Source: a bacterium (GTDB taxonomy: Bacteria > JAMCPX01). From it: DNA of 34,792 bases. Made by a program: the position numbers and the translations under genes. The stretch is taken from contig JBBIVV010000022.1 of NCBI GenBank assembly GCA_037439545.1, positions 1 to 34,792 of the forward strand, read 5' to 3'. The stretch's first letter is position 1; each line of letters opens with the position of its first letter. A model generated the notes under the pieces. The model had not been told where the DNA came from, searched no databases, and saw only the letters and a list, made by a program, of their open reading frames with translations. Shown here piece by piece: positions 1-9,350 of the stretch.

Positions 1-50
<50 letters not shown>

Positions 51-140
51 ATGAAAACGTATTATGTAGAAATTATTTTTATAGTCAAGTATTTAAGCGA
101 AAGGAAGGGCTTACGTGTCATGAAGGCTCCGTTTAATACT

Positions 141-250
141 TTTACCCCATGAGAAAGCCCCACCATTTATGGTGGGGATAATATGATAATTTTCAATTCC
201 TTATAGAAATGGCGTGGTCTAAAGCCACGTCCTTTCTCACGGGGTTTACC
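141..250. repeat. Non-coding palindromic element (MITE/PATE/REPIN-like)
   Basis: 14-bp terminal IR with one mismatch (ACCCCATGAGAAAG 144-157 / CTTTCTCACGGGGT 232-245); internal hairpins at 158-177 and 211-231. Confidence 0.65.
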
Positions 251-410
251 GTTTTTGATTACATAGATTAAAAAACTGTGTATCGTAATTTAACCATGGA
301 TGATGCAATTATTATAGCAAGAGCCAGGCTGAGGCAACGTATGCATCATAAATAGCTTGTTTATTTTTAAGAGTATGATAAAAATTTAAAATAAAAAAGG
401 AGGTAAGAGT

Positions 411-878
411 ATGGCAATTCCATTTCCAAGTGAAGAATGGGTGGCAGTGTATAAGGAAAAAATCAATTCAAACCCCAATTATAAGGAATCAGGTGCAAAC
501 TGGGAGCATGGAACGATCGCCCTTGTTATTCAGTTTGATCAGGATACGCTTGAAAAGATCAAGAAAGATCCGGTACTGGGCAAACAGATGCACGAAGGCG
601 AGACCTCTGTTGGGGCTTGGCTTGATCTGTATCACGGCGTGTGCAAGGAGGCAAAGAGAGTAACAGCAGAAGAAGCGCAAAATGCCAAGTTTGTAATAGC
701 GGGTGATTATTCAAGATGGAAGTCCGTAATGAAAAAAGAACTCGATCCTGTCAAGGGAATGATGCAGGGGAAGCTAAAATTGAAAGGCGATCTGCCGACA
801 ATAGTCAGGTTTGTTAAAGCAGCGCAGGACCTTGTGGACTCTGCAACGATGGTGGATACGAAGTTTATAGACGAATAA
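411..878 (+). CDS. SCP2 sterol/lipid-binding domain protein
   Basis: N-terminal FPSEEW; C-terminal SCP2 signature 'LDPVKGMMQGKLKLKGD'; AAGGAGG SD upstream. Confidence 0.85.
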   Translation: MAIPFPSEEWVAVYKEKINSNPNYKESGANWEHGTIALVIQFDQDTLEKIKKDPVLGKQMHEGETSVGAWLDLYHGVCKEAKRVTAEEAQNAKFVIAGDYSRWKSVMKKELDPVKGMMQGKLKLKGDLPTIVRFVKAAQDLVDSATMVDTKFIDE

Positions 879-886
879 TACTTATT

Positions 887-913
887 GTAGGGGCAGGGGG
901 ATGCTCCTGCCCC
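887..913 (+). repeat. GTAG-type REP-like palindrome
   Basis: GTAG at 887-890 leading into GGGGCAGG (890-897) / CCTGCCCC (906-913); intergenic, no U-tract directly after the stem. Confidence 0.5.
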
Positions 914-942
914 GATGATGGTGCAAAAAAAAGGAGTACTAT

Positions 943-2103
943 ATGTATGACGCAAATTTGAATTTTATATTCCGTAACCCGACAAAGATCATTTTTGGGA
1001 AAGGCTCGGCAAACGAGGTGCTCGAGGAGGTGGAGGCCCTTAAGGGGAAGAAAGTCCTTCTTGTAACGGATAAATTTCTTGAAAAGAGCGAGATGGTCGA
1101 GAAGGTGAAGAAATCACTCTCAAATAAATTTGCAGGCATGTTTTCTGATATAGAACCTGACACCGGCGTGCACATCGTCAATAAAGGTGCAGATTATGCG
1201 AGATCTATTGGTGCCGACTGTATCGTGACTGTCGGCGGCGGGAGTTCCATAGATACGGCAAAAGGAATCGCAATTGTCCTCGAGCTGGGAGGTAAAATCG
1301 AAGATCATTCAGGTATCAATTTTTTAACGAAACCTATTACCCCTCATATAGTCATCCCGACCACAGCGGGTACGGGCAGCGAGGTTACCTACGCAGCGGT
1401 CATAAAAGATCATGCAAAGCACAGGAAACTGCTTTATGCGGACAATTATATTGTCCCGAATGTCGGTATACTTGACCCACTGATGACCATCAGTATGCCC
1501 CCGAATATAACTGCGGGGACAGGTATGGACGCGATGAGCCACTGTATAGAGGCAATGCATTCCCAGCAGGCAACCCCGATAACAGACGGACTTGCGCTGC
1601 AAGGGATAAGGCTGATAGTAGAATATTTACCTAAAGCAGTCGATAATGGTAAGGACATTATGGCAAGGGGACAGATGCAGATAGGAGCTAATCTGGCCGG
1701 CGTTGCTTTCGGTAATGCACAGGTCGGTGTGGTGCATGCACTTGCTCACAGTGTCGGAGGCAGATTCGGGGTGCCCCATGGCGTTGCCAACAGCATCCTG
1801 CTTCCCTATTGTATAGAATATAACCTCGATGCCGTTGCAGATAAGTATAAGCTTGCAGCTCAGGCAATGGGCGTTGATATTAAAGGGCTGAGTGATGAAG
1901 CTGCTGCACATAAAGCGGCAGAAGCAATCTGGACGCTTACAAAGCGCGTAAAAATGCCGCAGAAATTGAGAGAAGTCGGAGTAAAGGAAGATGGTCTCCA
2001 ACAGGTTGCCGAGGATGCGATCTCGGACGGCTCTATCGTATACAATGCAAAATCAATCTTCGATCCCAAAGAGACGTTAAAGATACTAAAACAGGCATTC
2101 TGA
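943..2103 (+). CDS. Iron-containing alcohol dehydrogenase
   Basis: GGGSSID, IPTTAGTGSE, DAMSHCIE, HALAH and HGVAN motifs of the Fe-ADH family; AAGGAG SD. Confidence 0.95.
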   Translation: MYDANLNFIFRNPTKIIFGKGSANEVLEEVEALKGKKVLLVTDKFLEKSEMVEKVKKSLSNKFAGMFSDIEPDTGVHIVNKGADYARSIGADCIVTVGGGSSIDTAKGIAIVLELGGKIEDHSGINFLTKPITPHIVIPTTAGTGSEVTYAAVIKDHAKHRKLLYADNYIVPNVGILDPLMTISMPPNITAGTGMDAMSHCIEAMHSQQATPITDGLALQGIRLIVEYLPKAVDNGKDIMARGQMQIGANLAGVAFGNAQVGVVHALAHSVGGRFGVPHGVANSILLPYCIEYNLDAVADKYKLAAQAMGVDIKGLSDEAAAHKAAEAIWTLTKRVKMPQKLREVGVKEDGLQQVAEDAISDGSIVYNAKSIFDPKETLKILKQAF

Positions 2104-2105
2104 AA

Positions 2106-2525
2106 ATGGCGGACATATCGGTAGATAAAAGTGCTGCGGATAACGGATTGGCGTCAATGATCAAAGACCTGATTTCCCAGAACATAGTGAACCATCCCGA
2201 GCGTTCAAAAGATGCAGATGCACTGAACGGCAATATTGCAATTGTTGCTCAAGACATCGATGTAAGCCTGACCCTTGAGTGTAAAAACGGCAGAATCGTG
2301 GCACATGACGGAGTAAAACAGCCCTATAAACTGAAGATAGAAACAGACTCCGGCAATATCCTTAAACTGAGTACCTTAAAGATAAAAGCCGGACTGCCTT
2401 ATTACTTTGATAAGACGGGAAGGGAAGTACTTGGTTTGCTCTTTCACGGTAAACTGAAGATAGACGGAATATTGGCACATCCTGTCCTATTGACCCGGTT
2501 GACGAAATTATTCTCCGTATACTGA
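2106..2525 (+). CDS. SCP2-like domain protein
   Basis: C-terminal 'LLFHGKLKIDG' SCP2-type motif; starts 2 bp after the ADH stop. Confidence 0.6.
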   Translation: MADISVDKSAADNGLASMIKDLISQNIVNHPERSKDADALNGNIAIVAQDIDVSLTLECKNGRIVAHDGVKQPYKLKIETDSGNILKLSTLKIKAGLPYYFDKTGREVLGLLFHGKLKIDGILAHPVLLTRLTKLFSVY

Positions 2526-2532
2526 TGCCGCT

Positions 2533-2949
2533 ATGATAGAAGGATTTAAATTTAATGTGCAGGTACGGGTAAGGTTCGTTGAAACGGATGCACAGGGAAT
2601 TGTGAACAATAGCGTCTACATGACATACCTCGAGGTCGGCAGAATAGAGTTCCTCAGGAAAGCAGGTATATCCGTAAAAGACAGACTTAAATACGGCATT
2701 GACTTTGTGCTTGTCGAGGCGTGCATCCAGTATAAGAGTGCTGCAACTGCCGATGATGTGCTGAACATTTATGTAAGGCTTCAGGAGATGAAAGACAGGG
2801 CATTTATACTGGAATATGTAATAACTCAGGCAGAGGATAACGATAGGATCGTTGCAAAGGCACATACCGTGACCGTGTCAATCAACCCTGCAACGACAAA
2901 AGCATGCATGATGCCACAGACAGTAAGAGAAATGATTTTGAATGTGTGA
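2533..2949 (+). CDS. Hotdog-fold acyl-CoA thioesterase (YbgC/FadM/4HBT family)
   Basis: 'VRVRFVETDAQGIVNNSVYMTYLEVGR' 4HBT-family motif. Confidence 0.9.
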   Translation: MIEGFKFNVQVRVRFVETDAQGIVNNSVYMTYLEVGRIEFLRKAGISVKDRLKYGIDFVLVEACIQYKSAATADDVLNIYVRLQEMKDRAFILEYVITQAEDNDRIVAKAHTVTVSINPATTKACMMPQTVREMILNV

Positions 2950-2951
2950 TT

Positions 2952-4268
2952 ATGAATATTGCCGATCTATCGATAAATACAAATTTTGCGATGAGCCAGT
3001 ATTTGCAAGGCAAGGACGGGCTTTCTTCCAACTCTGTACTGGGAATCCAGAGCAATCTGAATGTAACAGCAGAAGATATTATGCAGTTGATTACCAGCAA
3101 CAAGCTCGGTTTCATGTCTATACTTGACGATACGAAACTCCTGAAGGATACACGAGTACTTGCAGATGAATATCTCTCGAAGAAATATACCGATGTCCTC
3201 GTACTCGGCATTGGCGGGTCTGCACTTGGCGCACGGGCAATAAAGCAGGCATTCATAAATACATCGGGCGTAAAAATGAACGTACACATACTGGACAATA
3301 TAGATCCGGCTTTGTTTTTTCATGCGGTCCAGCATATAAATCCCAAGAAAACACTGGTCATTGCGATAAGTAAATCAGGACAAACAGTCGAGACAATGGC
3401 CCAGTTGTTTATCCTCATCAACGAGTTCAAGAAGATCGCCGGGATCAGTGCGTTAAATAAACATTTTGTATTCATCACCACCCAGGGTACGGGTGCGCTG
3501 TTTCAAGTAGCACAAAAGTACCGCATACCCGTGCTTCCCGTTCCGCAGAACATCGGGGGGAGATATTCTGTGCTTTCCCCGGTTGGGCTTTTCCCTGCAC
3601 TTTTTATGGGAGTCAATGTGTCTGAACTTATGGATGGAGGGAAAAAGATCAGGGATGCATTTATAAAATCAAAGGGCATAAATATCGGTGAAATTGCTGT
3701 TGTGTACTACCTGATGCATATACAGTTGAATAAAAATATTATGGTGTTTATGCCGTATTCATCTTTGCTTACGGATTTCAGCGAATGGATTGCCCAGTTG
3801 TGGGCAGAAAGCATCGGTAAAAAACACTCGAGGGACGGCCGGGAGGTGTACACAGGAAGCACACCAGTACGGTCACTTGGCGTTACCGACCAGCATTCCC
3901 AGCTTCAACTGTACAAAGAAGGCCCTCCGGACAAACTGGTAACATTTATCGAAGTGAATAAATGTAATGTAAAAGAGAAAAAGATCGTACCTGTCCCGCC
4001 CGTGGATGTTGAATTCTCATATCTTTTCAGCAAGACACTCGATGCGTTGCTGCACGCTGAAATGAATGCGACGAGGACGTCGCTTATAAACTCTTCAAGG
4101 CCTTCCGTAACACTCACCATGCCGGAACTTACTCCGAAGATAATGGGCGAACTTTTTGTGTTTTTTGAACTGCTGGTCGTTTTTATCGGATATCTGTATA
4201 ATATAAATCCATTCGATCAGCCGGGCGTTGAGGAAGGCAAACAAATACTCAAGCAGCTCCTTGCATGA
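2952..4268 (+). CDS. pgi: Glucose-6-phosphate isomerase (short type)
   Basis: GIGGSALG, SKSGQTVET, GGRYSVLS, QLWAESIGK, DQHS, NPFDQPGVEEGK; start moved to the in-frame ATG at 2952, just after the upstream stop. Confidence 0.95.
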   Translation: MNIADLSINTNFAMSQYLQGKDGLSSNSVLGIQSNLNVTAEDIMQLITSNKLGFMSILDDTKLLKDTRVLADEYLSKKYTDVLVLGIGGSALGARAIKQAFINTSGVKMNVHILDNIDPALFFHAVQHINPKKTLVIAISKSGQTVETMAQLFILINEFKKIAGISALNKHFVFITTQGTGALFQVAQKYRIPVLPVPQNIGGRYSVLSPVGLFPALFMGVNVSELMDGGKKIRDAFIKSKGINIGEIAVVYYLMHIQLNKNIMVFMPYSSLLTDFSEWIAQLWAESIGKKHSRDGREVYTGSTPVRSLGVTDQHSQLQLYKEGPPDKLVTFIEVNKCNVKEKKIVPVPPVDVEFSYLFSKTLDALLHAEMNATRTSLINSSRPSVTLTMPELTPKIMGELFVFFELLVVFIGYLYNINPFDQPGVEEGKQILKQLLA

Positions 4269-4317
4269 ATCCGGCTGGAAAACTTTGCCTTCTAATCCAA
4301 AAATTGCATTTTTCGGG

Positions 4318-4992
4318 CTAACGATTTGCGACGGCAGAGGTTTTGACCCCAACCCTCCGGCAGTAAGATGCAACAGGGCAGACCGAGCATTGAGGAGACA
4401 AGGGACGGCAGAGCGCCTGCCCGAGTGCGACGAGCAAGTCGTTATAAATGATCCAGTATCTCCGAGGTAATGTCTTCCTGAGAGTCATTTCTGTTTCAAA
4501 GGGTGTTTTGGTCTTAACATAGCCGAACCTGTTGGAGATCCTGTGCACATGCGTATCGACACATATGGCGGGCTTTCCGTATCCGAGCGCTACAACAAGA
4601 TTTGCGGTCTTTCTTCCGACACCCGGGAGTTTTACGAGCTCTTCAATGGTATTGGGGACAATGCCCCTGTATTGATCAGCGATTTTCCGTGCAACAACTT
4701 TAATCCAATCTGCCTTTACCCTGTAAAATCCGACGGGATAAATGGCATTCTGTATCTGTTTTTCGGAGAGACATGCCATTTCAGAAGGTTCGGCGGTTAT
4801 CTTAAAAAGTCTTTCCGATGCCTGAGCTGTAACGGCATCTTTTGTTCTCTGACTGAGGATAGTTGCTATAAGTATTCTAAAGGGATCGTGACTCCTGTTG
4901 CTGATTAACGTTACGATAGGTACGTTCCATTGTTTATACACGGATTCCAGTTGCTTGATGATTTTTACTATGTCCGGTTTTGTTGTACTCAT
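4318..4992 (-). CDS. nth: Endonuclease III (HhH-GPD, 4Fe-4S)
   Basis: LPGVGRKTAN HhH motif, VDTHV, and C-x6-C-x2-C-x5-C cluster motif. Confidence 0.93.
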   Translation of the reverse strand: MSTTKPDIVKIIKQLESVYKQWNVPIVTLISNRSHDPFRILIATILSQRTKDAVTAQASERLFKITAEPSEMACLSEKQIQNAIYPVGFYRVKADWIKVVARKIADQYRGIVPNTIEELVKLPGVGRKTANLVVALGYGKPAICVDTHVHRISNRFGYVKTKTPFETEMTLRKTLPRRYWIIYNDLLVALGQALCRPLSPQCSVCPVASYCRRVGVKTSAVANR

Positions 4993-6575
4993 ACCGCGAT
5001 ATGCTTAACGAATTCCTTTACGGATATTTCAGGATTTAATAGATCAGACAGGCTTTTTGCTTTTTGGTCCGAACCTAAAGCAGATGCAAGTTTATCCATC
5101 ACCACAACCTTCCGGTCTTTTGAAGAGGCGCCCCTGGGGATGATTGACTCTGCCTCATATATCTGTCCGTCCTTCGTCACGAGCTTAACCCTTGCCCCAA
5201 ATGAAAAAACAAACTCATCCATTTTGACGTGATTCCCTTTTCTCCGGATGCCATTCTTTATAGCCTTTTTCTCATGATCCGATAAAGCAAACCATGCTTT
5301 TAACAGACCTGCAGATTTGAGAGATAGTGAGGGCGTATCTTTCTTTATTCTGCGGAATGCCTTTATTAATTTTAATATGCCTGAATTATTGAGGATAAAT
5401 TTACCCCCGATTGACTCGTAAAAAGCCGATTGCATCTTTAGTGTGTACCGCCATTCATGAAAAAGTTCGATCCTCTGCGACAAGGACTTTATTTCACGTT
5501 CATACGCTAAAAGCATTTCAGAGGATAAATGTCCGGCTTGTAGAGAACCATGTATAAGGGCAATTGCAAGGCTCTTGGGTATCGAGAAGTTTATATTGAC
5601 AGGATGCAGTGTACCATTATCATACGTTTGATCGTATAGTTGGGACATTGCATTCATACCCACGGTAAGTACATTTGCAAAAACACCTACATGTTTTATC
5701 CCTTCAGGGGTAATCGGTTTGCCTGTCTTTTGCCTATATTCACCCATAATCTTGTAAATACAGTCCACTGCCGTATCTATGTACGCACACCCCGGGTACG
5801 GCTTGAATGCGATTGTATCCGTCACCCACCATCGTCCAAAGCCCGAAATCATGTGCGGGAGCGGAAGATAAGCAAATCGCGATAAGAACCCGTGCTCGGC
5901 TTCAAGCAATCCAACATTGCCCTTCATACCGTTCTGAGCAAGCTTCGCACAAAGCATACCTGACAATATGGGGATGGAGGCTGTCAAGAGCTTTGAATCA
6001 CTCAACATGAAGCCGGGCGGCAGGGGATAATTGGGCTGATAAAGAGATAGTGAAATTGCCGATGCTATTTGTTCTTTTGACTGGCCGAGCAGTTTTGATG
6101 CCGCCGCGGCGGCACCGACTGTATGAATGTATGACCACATCTGTCCGTTGTGGGGACCTAATAGAACCGACGCGCCCAGCCTGCCCTCGACCTCGTTGGC
6201 AATGACCTGTGAGAGGATGACGTCATTCATGGCAAGCCCCTTCTCTTCCGATAGTGCTAAGGGGACGAGCACTGAGGAATGACCCGTATGCCCCATGAAC
6301 AGATAATCGTCAAAGTCAAAGCTCATGGAATAAAGTGCATTGACGAACACCGCATACTCGGCATTGGTTTTCCTGCCTGTCGGTAAAACGGTGGATTCAC
6401 CGTCAGGCAGGTCAAGGGATCCCATGGGCTTGAGCGGATCGCAATGCGTGCCTGAGATGACGGCTGCTATGATGTTCAGTATCTGCAGCTGCGCCTTTTC
6501 TATAAGATGCTGCGGTAGGTCATCGAATCTTAGTTCAAAAACCCATTTCGCAATGTTTTCTATCAGAGTATCCAT
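4989..6575 (-). CDS. MmgE/PrpD family protein
   Basis: 'AVFVNALYSMSFDFDD', 'FKPYPGCAY' and C-terminal 'IPRG' typical of MmgE/PrpD; likely start MDTLIENIAK at 6575; 4-bp overlap with nth. Confidence 0.85.
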   Translation of the reverse strand: MDTLIENIAKWVFELRFDDLPQHLIEKAQLQILNIIAAVISGTHCDPLKPMGSLDLPDGESTVLPTGRKTNAEYAVFVNALYSMSFDFDDYLFMGHTGHSSVLVPLALSEEKGLAMNDVILSQVIANEVEGRLGASVLLGPHNGQMWSYIHTVGAAAAASKLLGQSKEQIASAISLSLYQPNYPLPPGFMLSDSKLLTASIPILSGMLCAKLAQNGMKGNVGLLEAEHGFLSRFAYLPLPHMISGFGRWWVTDTIAFKPYPGCAYIDTAVDCIYKIMGEYRQKTGKPITPEGIKHVGVFANVLTVGMNAMSQLYDQTYDNGTLHPVNINFSIPKSLAIALIHGSLQAGHLSSEMLLAYEREIKSLSQRIELFHEWRYTLKMQSAFYESIGGKFILNNSGILKLIKAFRRIKKDTPSLSLKSAGLLKAWFALSDHEKKAIKNGIRRKGNHVKMDEFVFSFGARVKLVTKDGQIYEAESIIPRGASSKDRKVVVMDKLASALGSDQKAKSLSDLLNPEISVKEFVKHIAV

Positions 6576-6686
6576 AAGGTTATGTCTCTTATATCTGAGT
6601 TTAATAATAAAATCAAAGTGTGTCTTGTTTGACAATATCAAAAGATAGAGAGTAAAGTTAATGATATATCAAAGGAGATTATCGTA

Positions 6687-8531
6687 ATGAATTCCGTATA
6701 TCTCTTACTTGCAGGCCTCGGGGTGTTCGCACTCGGTTACCGGTACTACTCCGCATTTATAGCGGCTAAAGTACTGAGCCTTGACGAGACAAGAAAGACG
6801 CCTGCATATGCTAAGAACGACGGCAAGGATTTTGTACCGACAAACAGGTTTGTCCTGTTCGGGCATCACTTCGCTGCAATAGCAGGCGCTGGACCGCTTA
6901 TAGGCCCGGTGCTTGCAGCACAATTCGGTTATCTCCCGGGCGCTGTGTGGATAATCATTGGTGCTGTTTTTGCCGGAGCCGTGCATGACATCGTTATCCT
7001 TCTTGCATCGGTAAGACACGAAGGAGAGGCACTGCATAACATAGCACGGAGATACATGGGCAGATTGAGCGGAATAACGACAGCTCTTGCAACGCTTTTC
7101 ATAATAATAACAGCACTTGCCGGGCTTGCCATAGCGGTTGTCAATTCTATGAACGAGAGTTCGTGGGGCACGTTCACGATCGCCTTTACCATTCCTGTTG
7201 CACTGCTTGTCGGGTGGTATATGAAGAGTTTAAGACCCGATAAGATTGCAGAGGCGAGTGTCATTGGAGTCATACTCGTCATATCGGGTGTGATCTTTGG
7301 CAGGGTTATCCAGCAATCAGGAATTTCGTCATGGTTTATTTTTTCAAAGCATCAGCTCTCGGTCATGCTCGCCGTGTACGGGTTTACGGCATCAGTACTG
7401 CCGGTATGGCTGCTGCTTGCGCCGAGAGACTATCTCAGCACCTATATGAAGCTCGGGACCATAGTACTGCTTGCAATCGGCATAATAATAGCCCATCCAT
7501 ATCTGGAAATGCCCGCAATTACAAATTTCGTGCACGGCGGAGGGCCGATAATTCCGGGTAAGGTGTGGCCCTATGTATTCATAACGATTGCCTGCGGAGC
7601 TATTTCCGGTTTTCATGCACTCATTAGCTCGGGAACGACACCGAAGATGCTTAAAAACGAAAAGGACATAAGATTCATCGGTTATGGCGCCATGGTTACA
7701 GAGGGCTTTGTCGCGTTGATGGCGTTGATAGCAGCAACCGTACTGCCTCCCGGCGATTACTTTGCAATAAATACAGCACCGGCAGTATTTGTAAAACTCG
7801 GGTTAAGTACGATCCACATGAACGAACTTTCAAGACTGGTTGGAGAAAATATCGTCGGCAGACCCGGTGGCGCCGTATCACTTGCAGTCGGTATGGCATA
7901 TATCTTCGGGAATATCCCGGGACTGAAAACTCTTATGTCATACTGGTATCACTTCGCCATTATGTTCGAAGCCCTGTTTATCCTTACGACCATAGATGCC
8001 GGCACAAGGGTTGGAAGGTACATATTACAGGAATCGGTCGGCAGTATCCTGCCGAAGCTCAAAGAACTCTCATGGCTGCCGGGTGTCATTGTTACCAGTG
8101 CCGTTATATCGATTTCATGGGGATATCTTTTATACTTCGGCAGTATAAGCACGATTTGGCCCATGTTCGGAGTCGCAAACCAGTTGCTTGCAGTTATTGC
8201 CCTTACTATAGGTACAACGTTCATCCTCAATCATGCGGCAAAAAAAATATACAGTCTTATAACCTTTATTCCGTTTGTCTTTATGTTTGCAGTAACATTT
8301 ACCGCCGGTATCGAGAATGTTATCAATATCTACATTCCTCAAAACACCTCAACGGCACGCGTAAATATAATTCTGACTGTATCAATGCTGGTCCTTGTTT
8401 TGCTAATAGCACTTGACGGTATAAGAAATTGGTTCAATATTCTTTCGGGCAGGAATAAACCTATTATCGAAGGAACGATAGGTGACGCCCTGCCGGATGA
8501 CATAAGACGCTCAATAGATAATCTGGAGTAA
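6687..8531 (+). CDS. cstA: Carbon starvation protein A family transporter
   Basis: FGHHFAAIAGAGP, ITIACGAISGFH, LTTIDAGTRVGR, IWPMFGVANQLLA; multiple TM helices; AAGGAG SD. Confidence 0.95.
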   Translation: MNSVYLLLAGLGVFALGYRYYSAFIAAKVLSLDETRKTPAYAKNDGKDFVPTNRFVLFGHHFAAIAGAGPLIGPVLAAQFGYLPGAVWIIIGAVFAGAVHDIVILLASVRHEGEALHNIARRYMGRLSGITTALATLFIIITALAGLAIAVVNSMNESSWGTFTIAFTIPVALLVGWYMKSLRPDKIAEASVIGVILVISGVIFGRVIQQSGISSWFIFSKHQLSVMLAVYGFTASVLPVWLLLAPRDYLSTYMKLGTIVLLAIGIIIAHPYLEMPAITNFVHGGGPIIPGKVWPYVFITIACGAISGFHALISSGTTPKMLKNEKDIRFIGYGAMVTEGFVALMALIAATVLPPGDYFAINTAPAVFVKLGLSTIHMNELSRLVGENIVGRPGGAVSLAVGMAYIFGNIPGLKTLMSYWYHFAIMFEALFILTTIDAGTRVGRYILQESVGSILPKLKELSWLPGVIVTSAVISISWGYLLYFGSISTIWPMFGVANQLLAVIALTIGTTFILNHAAKKIYSLITFIPFVFMFAVTFTAGIENVINIYIPQNTSTARVNIILTVSMLVLVLLIALDGIRNWFNILSGRNKPIIEGTIGDALPDDIRRSIDNLE

Positions 8532-8576
8532 TCCTCCGGTAATGACAATCGATTCCCTTTATAAAACGGGTAAATT

Positions 8577-8594
8577 ATTTATTGACAAATAAAT
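8577..8594. promoter_or_regulatory. Putative TetR operator overlapping a TTGACA -35 box
   Basis: ATTTATT-GACA-AATAAAT perfect 7-4-7 IR, 25 bp upstream of the TetR start; AT-rich, so chance cannot be excluded. Confidence 0.45.
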
Positions 8595-8619
8595 CAAAAT
8601 AATCTAATAGGAATCCAAT

Positions 8620-9240
8620 ATGAGCAAGATTTATGTAAAAAAAGAAAAAACGGATAAGATGCAGGATTTGATCATCAAGGCAGCCATAAAAGTATACGCG
8701 GCAAAGGGGATGCACGGTATACGAATAGCGGATATCGCAAAAGAGGCACAGGTTTCTTACGGACTCGTTTATCATTATTTTAAGAATAAAGAGGATGTTC
8801 TTAATGCCATATTCTCCAAAAGCATAAATATCTTCTTAAGAGCCATAGAGAACGCATCTGTTCAGGATAAGACCCTGAAGGAGAAACTCGGTTCTATAAC
8901 AACGTTCCTGTTCAACGCATGCAGGGAATTTCCTGAGTTTATGTATGTCATAATGTTTGAGGTCATCTGGACACCGAAGTTTCTTGAGACAAGAAACTTC
9001 GTTACATTCACGAGGGCATTTACAATATTTGAAAAGATACTCATTGAATACCAGAAAAAAGGCGAATTAAAAGGGGATATAAATACAACAGTGAGTACGT
9101 ATATGTTTTTCGGAGGACTTGAAATGATTCTGACCGGCATCGTTTTAAAGGCAATACCTGCAGAAAAACATGAAACTTTTCACAACCTTTCAAGTAATTT
9201 TATAAATCAATACATTAATGGATTAACAGCAGCCCGGTGA
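8620..9240 (+). CDS. TetR/AcrR family transcriptional regulator
   Basis: N-terminal HTH 'RIADIAKEAQVSYGLVYHYFKNKEDV'. Confidence 0.95.
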   Translation: MSKIYVKKEKTDKMQDLIIKAAIKVYAAKGMHGIRIADIAKEAQVSYGLVYHYFKNKEDVLNAIFSKSINIFLRAIENASVQDKTLKEKLGSITTFLFNACREFPEFMYVIMFEVIWTPKFLETRNFVTFTRAFTIFEKILIEYQKKGELKGDINTTVSTYMFFGGLEMILTGIVLKAIPAEKHETFHNLSSNFINQYINGLTAAR

Positions 9241-9350
9241 ACGGGCTGCCTGTTGCATCCCCGCTAATTGAAACGGGATCAAGGCGGGCTATAGAAGAAT
9301 AAATTACCTGCCGTTTTACCGCGGGGTTCTTCAGAAAAAAGGAGGTTTGA

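Noticed and set aside
300..349. ATGATGCA/TGCATCAT inverted repeat and a possible sigma54 motif upstream of the SCP2 gene
   Set aside because: 8-bp arms with a 34-bp spacer could be chance; GG-to-GC spacing is wrong for -24/-12
8523..8547. CTGGAG-TAATC-CTCCGG-TAATGACA hairpin at the cstA end as a repeat or terminator
   Set aside because: Short stem, no U-tract, and only faint resemblance to repeats ending in AATGAC
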